Positions 53,200-64,000 of a stretch of DNA of 64,000 nucleotides are shown here, piece by piece; positions within the stretch are counted from its first letter, which is position 1, and each line of letters starts with the position of its first letter. A program made the position numbers and the translations under genes. Source of the stretch: Phoronis australis (taxonomy: Eukaryota > Animalia > Phoronida). The notes below the pieces were generated by a model. That model searched no databases and was not told the DNA's origin. It worked only from the letters and a program-made list of their open reading frames with translations. Location of the stretch: the NCBI GenBank assembly GCA_002633005.1, contig NMRA01000166.1, positions 699,403 through 763,402 of the forward strand. The letters are read 5' to 3'.

Positions 53200-54616
53200 G
53201 TTCAGACATTGGGACTTTTATTTTGAAAATTGCCAGAGATGCAAATAGGTCCTGGGATGCTTCGTCTAGGTTTGAAGTAGTTCATGATGAACGGATCAAA
53301 TTTAGTTACGCATGTAAGTCTTTTGAATGGACTTGGCAACCTCAAGGGTCTTAGTGTCAACTAAGCTGCGAAACGAGATGCTGACAGTTGTAGAGGCTTA
53401 CAAGCTCATTGACACAGCAGTTGACGAAGTGCAAGCGTTGGGAACAAACATCGAAGATATGTGGGTAGAATGGTTCCAAGACGAGCAAATCATTGGATCC
53501 GATATACAAATTTCTCGGCAGTCTAGACAACAGAAGAATAGGACTAACGTATGAGTAAGCACTGGGGATTAAAATTTTAGAGAGAAGTTTTCAATTCAAA
53601 TTTTTTTGCATAGTACACTTTAGGTCTCGCGACGGACCAGGTCAGTTGAGTTTCAGTGTACTTCTGGTCCCTCGGCGAACTAGTCTTGTGATTTTTTTTA
53701 CCAAAGTGTGCTTTGTAAAACTATTTATCTCAGCCAGTACTGTTTGGTCCCGCGACAGATCGACTATTTGTATAGGGATAATAAGCACAGGTGTACTCTT
53801 GGTCTCGTGACGGACCAGGTCAGCTTTTTGTGTACTCTCATTGTACATCTGGTCCCTCTGCAAACTAGTCCAATGTATCTTTTCACCACTGTGCACAGGG
53901 TGTTTTGGTTTCGTGAAACTGTTTTCAGGTGATTTGTTTCCTGATAGATTTGACGTTTTTCAATTGTTGTCAACGTGATCCAGCTTAATAAAGTGATACC
54001 TAATTATTTATTGTCGCTTTTGATAATAGACTATGAATTGAGAGCACCATCGTTCGCTATTTTTTCTCGTAACGAGACAGAACACGTGTTTATTTCCTGA
54101 CTAACAGTACAGGTCTTCGTTCTTAAACAACTTGAGGCTGCTGTTACGCGATCATCTGATATTCAAGTTTTTACGCCCCGTCGGTGCTCCTTAATCATGC
54201 TCTTGAATATTTGGAAATTGTCTTAACCCCTGTATACACACCACACTTTTTCGTATACGACTTTTCGTATGCTAAAAAGGTGTGTGTAAGCAGATGTTCC
54301 AACAAAAATTTTTGCTGGTGGCGAGACTCATACCCAGATGTGCACAATATGGTTTCACGAAACTTATGTGCCAAGTTCATGTGACGAAATCGAAAAGGGT
54401 CTTTAATTATCTTAAGAAAAACTCCAGACATGTTAAGTGCCAGAAACCTTACAGGATGCATGGAAATTTCACTATTTGGCTAAAAAAACAAAAAAATATC
54501 TTACACGGGTGGGGAAGCCCCCCTCCCGACCTCCCCCCTCTCGGCGCCACGCGCCTAGGATTCGACCTTGGCGGGAATCCTAAACCCCTCTTGCTGAAAA
54601 CGTAGATCCGCCACTG
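53200..54616 (+). mobile_element. hAT transposon remnant
   Basis: STKLRNEMLTVVEAYKLIDTAVDEVQAL...ISRQSRQQKNRTNV resembles the post-catalytic segment of P52rIPK/ZMYM1-type hAT transposases. The right end is cgtagatccgccactg. A degenerate tandem repeat lies at 53610-53900. Confidence 0.6.
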
Positions 54617-55260
54617 GTTTGGTTGACAGGGGGGCAGACGCCAAAAACAGTCTCGAAAACAGTAAAAATGGCCACTAGGTGGTGCAAAGTATCTCAAATC
54701 CATCCGAAAACGGGTGCATACTGCACGGTCATCTCACTAACATATGCCTAAGTGCCAAATTTTATGAAATTCCGTTGAGGACCTCCGAAGATACAGAGGT
54801 AAACGTAAAAAAACTAAAATTGCCACTAGAGGGCACATCAGTAGTAGGAGAGGTCTGAAATTCTTAGTCATCCGTTGTCAGCTTCATAGGAACACATCTG
54901 CCAAATCTCACCAAGATCCCGTGAGGATTTAGGAGCTGCGGACGGCCGACGACAGACACCCAGACAGAGCTGACGGCTATATGCATCCACATATAAGAGG
55001 GAGTTTGAAACGGGATGGTCAGCAATTCCAGTAAATCAATAAACCAGAAGCTTGACTCAGTTTCAGCTAATGAGCCTTCATCATCTTGGCTGATAGAAAC
55101 AAGTATGGGTTGATTTTGTCTGAATGAATATATGGTTTGTATTAGACCCACCTTGTACCAGCAGCGTGATTTCTTTTGAGTAGCCTAGCTTTCGAATCCA
55201 CTTTAGATTCTTTTTCGGGTTGACTGATAGGAAACTATCAACACACACAATATTATGAAC

Positions 55261-55266
55261 TTTATT
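55261..55266 (-). terminator. Candidate polyadenylation signal (AATAAA) of ZMPSTE24
   Basis: Plus-strand tttatt about 320 nt downstream of the stop codon. Inferred from position only. Confidence 0.4.
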
Positions 55267-55586
55267 GAGAAATGTGAATATACACTTGCACATTGATATC
55301 CTTTCAGTCAAGGCAGAATTATTTCAAACTTGAAATTATGATGTTGCATGATGCACCCAACACGTAGTGCACAGGAACCTGACAATGTTAAATCTTCCTG
55401 GGAATACAGATCTGTTTATAACAGCATATCCATTTGCATTCACTATTTCCACCTGGATGCATTCAACAGTCTTGTTGGATAATGGTCTTGATTAAAGACA
55501 TCAAAAGGTCAGGTAACTGACAGGTGGTGCATGAGATGGGAATCAAGCTGACATTTGCTGTTTTATCAGTGCCAATGACTTTTGAG

Positions 55587-58500
55587 TTAGTCCTCCTTTT
55601 CGAGGGCCTTCAGTCTCTCTAGTAGCGGAGGGTGTGAGTAGTTCCAGGCTGAATACAACCAATCAGCGACGGGAAAGCCAAGATTGTCCTTATTTAGCTT
55701 AATGAGCGAAGACTTGAGCTCGGCACCACGATGGAGGGCACGGGCAAAAGAATCGGCCTGGAACTCGAAGAACCGGCTCAGAGCCGTCATCAGGAAGGAC
55801 AGCAGCTGAAACGAAAAGGCATCAAAGAATTTGGGGAAAGAATAGGCCCATTTTAAATGTTTGCTCTAGTTTAACTTTGCGCTACTTGTGAGTTTTCAAT
55901 AACAGAAATATGAAGTAAGGTCAAGGCACAATATGAAATCGATGGACGACATCAGTAAAATTAAGCAACACGTCAACAACATTTTGCTCATAAGAAATAC
56001 ATGTGGAACACAAAGACAGACTATTAGCAAAAGTCATTAGTTTGACCTTCCCTCCAAATGACCTTGCATCAATATAAACTAATGATGTTGATGCAAAAAC
56101 AACGATAACCAGTCATATTTCTAAAATATTGATTTCTACAGTGATTATTACATTTCTGTAGAAAACAGAATGTCGCAAGCTAACGAAATTTTAACCTAGA
56201 TGGAAAGGCACTCTGGAGCACGGTTACAAAAACATACAATATTACTGTGATTACAGCTCAAAGAGGTGATTAATCCAAGATTCTATTTTTTGCTTTTAGT
56301 GTCTTTCCATGACCCTGCTGTGGTTGCCATGGTATATCAGAAGCATAATCGCTACAACTTCAGCCTGGGATAATGAAACTGCTTTTAGTACCAAAGCTCA
56401 GTTTGCTTGCAATGACAAAAAATCCAGCACTTAGCAACTTTCTAACCAGCATGAAATCCATCTGGTAAATTCTGCTGAAATGACCCAGTAGTTATGGCTA
56501 ACTTTCAGTAGATACAAACCTCATTGTAAGGTGAGAAAATAAACTGGAATATGATGAGGATGCCTATGAGAGTGGGCTGGCTGGTGAACCCGAACGCTTC
56601 GTAAAGCACTGTCTTGTTCATTAGATAAGCAAAGACCATGAAACAGAGGAATGTGTTAACCTGGAAAAACAGTTGAGTAAAGCAAAAATTAGATCAAAAC
56701 ATTCAATACTTGCTGTTGTGCAAAACAGTATATCCCAGTGTAATAGCAATAGTACCGAAACACCACTACATGTAACAGTAAACAAAACACTTTAGAAATA
56801 GGATTCAAAATTGCACTCATGTCACTTCAAATACACCCATGATTTATAACCATTAGCTGGTACTGTCCTGTACTTTTTTATGTCATTTACGACATTACCA
56901 ATCTGGACAGGGAAACAGTGTTCTCCCTGAAAAGCAACAACTTTACCAAGGGGCTTGAAAACAATAGCTCATCACAACAGGAAGTTGAATCCACCTCACA
57001 ACTTTGGCGAGAACTTTCCTAAGAGGCGTGGGGAAAATTAGGCTTAAGACAGGGACTTGAACTTTGACTAAGGATGGACAAGGGCTTTGGGAAGATGAGG
57101 GCTTTGGGAACAACAGCTTGATAAGATGGGGAATTTAACTACTAACAATGACTATGGGAACAATAGCTTGTCAAGTCAAGGAGTTGAGCTTTGACACGGG
57201 CTTTGGGAAGACAAGGGCTTTGGGAACAATAGCTTATCAAGACAGTGAATTGAACTTTGACAAGGGGTTGGGAAACAATAGCTTGTGGAATTGTGAATCT
57301 TGTTATTTCAGTCATTATATCACTGGGTATACAGTAGAAATACAAATATGCGCAAACTACATTAAACAATCAAAAGCACTTACTTGGCCAATTACCAAAT
57401 TCTTGAGATTGTGACTCAATTTCCAGTGGCCCAGCTCATGTGACAGTACTGCCAACACTTCTTCATTGGTACACCCTAACTTCTCAGTCTTTTTCTCAGC
57501 TGGAGAATCACCCTACGGGCAATGTGTATGGTCAGGCAATGGACAATTTCTTTTAAACACATTCAAGGAGTCTGATCTTGTGATTTCCATGCATATTCAA
57601 TGACTATACGTTAGTCTTATTGGACACTTGCAAATTATCAATAGGACAAAAAGTTCCCTTGATGAATTCCCCAATGTCGTTGAAATTAGTTTAAAATAAC
57701 CAATTTGAAAAATATTCTTCAAAATATTTGAATAATTTGTTTCGTGTTTCACATTCAACCATAAAGCAACTTTTAAGACATGCGTTCAATAATCTCTTTA
57801 CTGCATTTTCTTGTGTTTCGTTTTCTTCATCTTGATCGTCTGCTGACTTAGTGCTGTTGTCTTCTGCTGTACCCTCCCGCTCTTTGATTGGTGTATAGTC
57901 AGCTAATAGGGTGTCAAACAGCACGATGCGCTTGTTGTTGAAGAAACCGTAGAAGTAAGCATTGCTGTGAGAAGACCTCTTAGAACCTGAATTAAAGGAC
58001 ATTATGGGACTAATTCTCTACGCAGTTAGTAAGTACCACATGTAGCCATATCTTTAGAAATCTTTGTTTTGAGGACAGATCTCAAAGTTCTTGTTCTGCG
58101 AGTTCAGTGATTGGTGATATGACTCGTCACCTTGAACTTGTTTTACTACAGTCGACATGACTTAATCAGGCCTGCCAGCAAGAGCTTTAAAAAGACTTAT
58201 GAGCAGTGACCAGTAGAACCTTTGGCAACAACTATTTGTGGTCATACTTTCATTTAAAGTCATATAAAACTTAGTCTTTGAAACTTCTGACTTTGCCTGG
58301 ATTGCATATTAAAAGTATTCTAAGAGTAGACACCAAATTAACGTTCCAAATTTCACAAGATCACAAAACTGACCAAATGGGGTGGGTCCACTTGATGGCT
58401 GCTACGACAGTTCAAAGGTGGAAATTTTGATGTGGTATAATTATCGCTGTATCTGGCTGTAAATTGCTTGCTTCTAGATTAGGCTCAGATGCAGTTTTAA

Positions 58501-61500
58501 ATATACACAACATAGCAAACATTAGCTTAGAAATGGGTGTGGTTCTTAACTGCCGTTGTCCATAACAGGACATTTTACTTAGAACTCATTATGAAATGAT
58601 TATTTTGGTAATGGTCTCATATTATTCATAACTTAAAATGCTAGGACATTGATTGTGTGTTCATACGCTATTCATATGGAGTTTTGCAAATCAACATAAA
58701 CATGAAACAGTGTCAAAATCCAACACCATATCTTGTCATAACACCAGCTTATAAATACAATTATAGTGAATTGTCAATGCTTACAATTTAGTTTTACATA
58801 AAAATCTATTTGTAAAAGCCCTATTATCATTCTGTTCAAAAATGATCAGAACCACTCACCATCCACTACATACAGCTTCTTCAGAGGAAAGTTGATGCTG
58901 GCAGCTAAAGTTTCAATCTGTGTCCTCAGCTCACCCTCAGGAAGAGGGGTGAACTTGTCAAACAAGGGGGCAATGTAGTCAGCGTAGACAGTCACCAGTA
59001 TCTGTGGTGGAATAGAAATGATAAACTCAAGAACAACACCATAAGAATGATATGCAATGTAGTATGAATCAAATAAACCTGTGCACTTTACATGGAAATA
59101 AAGCCACTTATCAAATCACACAACTAAGCCCATTTCATCAGGTCTTATTTTGTAAACTTGGGAAAATGCTAACAGGATGCAAAATCCTGTTCTGTTGATT
59201 TCACCATGGCAACTGAAAACTGATTATATCACCTATATTGCCAGTACTTCCCTTGAGAGATAAAATGATTATTCAGCAAAGACACTTCCTCAGGGAGTCA
59301 CAAGATGGATTGTGTGTTTTGAGTTGGACGGCTTTCCCAATGAACTCTTCCAATGTCCAAGGTGCAATTTACACTAGCTTGTCAATTCATTGTAATTGAT
59401 AACCTTATTGACATCCTGTCACATTTCATAAAATAACATTTTTAGAGTTAAAATAATATGCTTTTTGATACCTCCATGATTAAAAATTCTGAATTCACCT
59501 CTTGAAATGTTGAAAAATTATTGATAACCACATGACTGATGTTTCTGTGAAAAAAGTAATTTTTACTTTGAACAAAAATTAAAGAACTTCAAATGCAGGT
59601 GACTTAGTGTTTGAACTATATATTCTTACTGCCAAAACACAGATACTTTTGTCATAGGTTTTTGATTTACCTTAAAACAACAAATATATCAGAGACAGAC
59701 ATTAAAGTTCTTCTTCAAAAAAAGGTCTTAACTTTTCATTTTTGGCAGCCAACATCTCTGTTTTTCCGGGGGAAATTAAAAATCTGAGACAAGATTTCTT
59801 CAATCAAAGAGCACACTCAGCAAGTTTCTAGTCATGAGTACCTACAAGTAGTCCATGTGATTTTTGTTTGCAGACCAGTTTTTCCTATTTCACTATTATC
59901 TCAAATGGCTTATGTTCAATTCTTGTTTATTTATTAAACTTTTTCATTGTTCTTATCAAAAGTCAGTGAGATTAAACTTTAGCTAGCGTTGTACTATGTC
60001 TGCGAATAGAAGTATCAGAATGTATTGTATTGCATTGTTATGTGTGCTCACCAATGAAATGACAAACGTGAAGAGCCAAGCATAGATGAAGAAGTAGTCA
60101 CCACCCCACTTGATAACGTAGATAAGGCCAGCCACAATGGGAGCTGAGATCAGCATCATCACCACAAACTTCTTCAACGTGTCTTTTAGGAAAAAGCCCA
60201 GTGTCTGTGAAGATATAACCAAAACATATAATAATTACTTAGACTTAAACTCATAATATACATAATAACCATAATAATGATAATGATAACACTCTATAAT
60301 ACACAGTGGCAATTGACCTCCACAATAAAAGTAATCATAGTAATAACATAACAAAACATAACACTAACAATATAACACAGCAATTTCAAAACTAAAATTT
60401 TCACAACTGAGTTACAACTGTGGTTCAAGATCATGTATTTGTTATATTTATAAAGTGCTTTGCACTGTAACCAGTGTCCAAACCAGCCAGCTGGCTATTT
60501 TTAGGTCAAGCTCAATATTAACACCCTCAATTGTTTTAATCAAAAATTTAACAAACCAGTTTGATTTATATACCATGTATTATACATCAGTGTGAAGCTC
60601 ATAAAATCAGCTTCATCTCTATCATATTAATCTGGAAGATAACTAAATTATATGCTGCTGATGACCAATGGAACACCGTAATGGTGTAAAATACAACAGT
60701 TTTCAATATTCTCATCTCATGCAATTTAAACACAAATAACCAAAACATATGACTATAAGTCAATTAAAACAAGGGTAGAAGTGTTCTGAAATCAGTATCA
60801 AGTGTCCATTTCAAACACGAGGCCTCAGAACAACAGGTAAATCAAGTTAAGTTACCGGTGTGCAAGAAGACTGGAAAATCCCATGCTCAATATGGAATCC
60901 TAGACCAATATTGCTCAATTAGCCAATCACAAACAGTCTTTCATGAATACTTGGGACCTTATGCCTTGTCTGAAGCAACCCAGCCTAACTAGGCCCTTTT
61001 AAATTATCTGATTGGCCCTTATTTTTTAATTGAGTTTGACCTACTTAGGTGAATGCTGGTCAGCCGGATACATCTGGCATTAGCCAGACAGGCTGGAATG
61101 TTGAGACCCGTATGAGCCTGGGCTTAGCAGCAGCAGGGTTTTAAGACAGGCCACAGTATTTCGTTATTTTACATTTCACCTATTTCAACCAGGTAAGATG
61201 CACAGACACAAAAATAAAGGCCAATTTAAAAATGAACGTTAACTTAGATGAGCCAGGCTACAGCTAACATCATATACTTAATGTCCCTTGAGTCTGGACA
61301 TGTAAACAAAAATTTACTAATTTACCAGAAACGAAATTTTAAACATTTTATTCAAACAACTTTTTTACTAACAAATGATGTATTCAATATGATTTCCATC
61401 ATCGACCATACAAAGGATTATGAGCTTTGGAAAAGTATACAAACTCAATGTTATACATCCTATCCAAATTGCATCAATATTAGAAAATTTCTTCCTCATG

Positions 61501-62948
61501 GCTTCAATCAAGTGTGTTGCATTCGTTCTGTGATTTCCAACACACTCTCCTTCAGCACGCTCCACAAACAGTAGTTAAAAGGCCAAGGTCAGGCAAAGGA
61601 GGTGACTGCAAAACTATGCTTAACAGGATTAGACTTGAGGAACATCTTGATGTCTCATTGTAGACAACTAAATTTAGGGAAATTGCATGAAGGTAATTGT
61701 GGTAAGTCTGCTTGACTACCGTACCTGTTTGTTGAAGCCGTGCCTCTCCTCAATAACAAATGTGCTGTACAAACTGAAGGGCAAGCCAGTCACAGTACTG
61801 TATACGGAAGCTAGGACCACAAACACGACAGACTGAAGAATCTGAAAAGAAAGGGTAAAGTAGAAATGGAGAAATAATTTCACAAAGCCCAAGTCTAATA
61901 GGTTCAAACTTCCTACGCTTAGCAACTGAAAAACTAATGGAGCTATGAACTCGTGTTGATTTAGACAAGGAATAAAAATCTTAAAAAAGCCTTTTAAGAT
62001 ACTTGCCTCATACTCAGGACCATAGTCGTACTTAGCCAGCAAGTATCCAGACACTCTCCACAGCAAAGGGATACCATAAAACCACAGAATAAGCTATGAA
62101 GAAGAAAACTGGTGTTAACATGCACTGAAAGCGTTCCATTTCCATACAATTAGGCGTATAAGCGCATAATAACAATTGACTTCTAACAATGTGATGACAG
62201 TTTTCAACTACGGCAATCATATATGGAGAATTCAGGTGATTTCATCTATGGTGCAGCTGTCCTTTTTCAAATGCATTGTGGGATGGCTGCCGATTCATAA
62301 ACATCTGGTGACAATGTGGACAAGTGGGGAATGTGCAATTTGATTGATAATCTCTGTTTTGGGTGGCATTTTAGGTAACTTCAGCAAGCTCTTGATGGCA
62401 CATGCCTGGAGAATCTCTCACAGAAAGGATAATGTTGCAGTATGATTTGATGCATTTTGAGGCTCATTTTCAATCATTTCATTTAGTAAGCCTGTTGCAC
62501 TTGAACTGTGAGCTCAAACATCAAGGGCTGATTTCCATCATATTGCTTTCACACCAAGCTACCTGTAATGTCACCAGATGCTTACCAGCCAACTACTGCA
62601 GCATCGTAGATGAATTCCCCACAATGTCTGCCTCAATAAATATCTGGTAAATTGTACTAATACCCAGTCTTGACCTTTTATCTCACATTTAAACCAAAAT
62701 TGTTTTTCTAGCTTGAAAAGTAAACATTTTGCAATAAAAAATGTTCCAACATGTCACTCTTGCGTGAGAAAGGAATATAAGTGGGATAGAAAACAACTTA
62801 CAGTAGATTCCACCTGAGACCACAGCCCTGACCAAAATCCAAAGTTACTTTTGTCAAGCTGATACAGTCTTGCCTTGTTAAAGGTATCTTGATCCAAAAC
62901 ACCAGTCAACTCATTAGGAACCTCGGTGACAGTTTTCAACAGATAACG
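55587..62948 (-). CDS. ZMPSTE24: CAAX prenyl protease 1 homolog (zinc metalloprotease STE24), 9 coding exons; first exon not found in window
   Basis: Phase-compatible exons at 62802-62948, 62007-62093, 61725-61841, 60052-60204, 58860-59001, 57802-57986, 57384-57512, 56520-56660 and 55587-55805 (stop TAA). The translation has STE24 hallmarks: [61 protein letters not shown], the zinc motif [13 protein letters not shown] and [10 protein letters not shown]. All acceptors are AG; donors are GT except one GC. Confidence 0.97.
57047..57290. repeat. Degenerate minisatellite in ZMPSTE24 intron
   Basis: Recurring agggctttgggaa.aa.agctt and gaactttgac units. Confidence 0.75.
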
Positions 62949-63149
62949 CTGTAAGTAAAAACACACGTTTGGCATAAACATGTAAACATAAAGAAATAGA
63001 GAAAGAAGTAACTCTTATTGAGTATTGCACACCCAATGCAAAGCACAGGAATTTGATTCCTATACACCTGTATACTCATGGTGCTGTTGGAGTTCGGAGT
63101 CCTGTGACCACAGATATCCCCATAAAAAGTTAATCATTTCAAAATACAG

Positions 63150-63382
63150 CAAATAATATTGAATGAAGAATACATATACCGGTATACACAGTGACAAATA
63201 ATATTGAATGAAGAATACATATACCGGTATACACAGTGACAAATAATATTGAATGAAGAATACATATACCGGTATACACAGTGACAAATAATATTGAATG
63301 AAGAATACATATACCGGTATACAAAGTGACAAATAATATTGAATGAAGAATACATATACCGGTATACACACTGACAAATAAT
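63150..63382. repeat. 45-bp minisatellite (~5 copies) in the presumed first ZMPSTE24 intron
   Basis: Unit caaataatattgaatgaagaatacatataccggtatacacagtga. Confidence 0.97.
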
Positions 63383-64000
63383 CGACACATGCCATGACTC
63401 TGGAGACACTTTAATCAACATAATTTGAACATATCCATGAAAATCTGTCGAGGTTCACTCGAGCTTCCCTTGCCAGGTGCCATTTTGAGGGAGTCACGCA
63501 AAATCACGAAGTTCATGAACAAAAAGTCCAAGAGACACAAATACTAAAAGTTCCTCCAAATATCCTCCCATGCTGCTTTTTTCAAGTGTCAACCACCAGT
63601 TCATTCACTCTGCACAGTCTCTTGTTTGACGTAACTCGCATGACGTTAATTGAAATACTGTGTGGTTATTGCGTAGTGAAAAAGTTAACGGCGACCAAAA
63701 AAGAAGTTGGAATTCTTCGCTAGTCATCTTAATTCTCACAGACATGCTCCATCCAGGATATGCATAGAACCAGAAAGGATCACTGCAGAAAGTAAGCAGT
63801 TTATAAGAGACAATTTTAAGTGTAAAATATATTTTTTGACGAGATGAAAACCTCTTATTCGATGACCGATATGGGCTATCACCAGATGAAAATACATGGG
63901 GATGACATTAATACCAATACCACTGAGGAATGTTGAAGACCCTTTCCAGCAAGCCGAGGGGCTACGTCTTGCCTAATCCACGCATTGCTAGTAATTGATG

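Noticed and set aside
63060-63421. Repeat-peptide ORFs or CRISPR-like periodicity
   Set aside because: A 45-bp minisatellite with no unique spacers, in a eukaryotic intron, with no cas genes.

Overview
This is AT-rich, intron-containing, repeat-dense DNA from an animal genome. The repeat families suggest a marine invertebrate, but the species cannot be determined. It comes from a draft assembly with two N-gaps. The only firmly identifiable gene is ZMPSTE24/STE24 (CAAX prenyl protease 1) on the minus strand: nine coding exons at 55587-62948, the first exon not found and presumably beyond the window, and one GC-AG intron. Manual splicing also gives three gene models that the ORF track misses or fragments. 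(1) A four-exon minus-strand gene (5540-10775) for a secreted precursor: signal peptide, tandem KR-flanked peptide repeats, then an SCP/aequorin-like EF-hand domain. (2) A partial Ly6/three-finger secreted protein gene (35249-39768). (3) An intronless TSP1-transmembrane ORF with duplicated cytoplasmic tyrosine motifs (490-1335). The rest is mostly transposon debris: LINE fragments with nested DNA transposons, solo LTRs, ISL2EU- and hAT-like remnants, MITEs, Helentron-like elements, Ngaro-like split direct repeats, and a head-to-head tRNA-Ser-headed element carrying a Penelope-type hammerhead motif. All family assignments come from recalled motifs; no database search was run.
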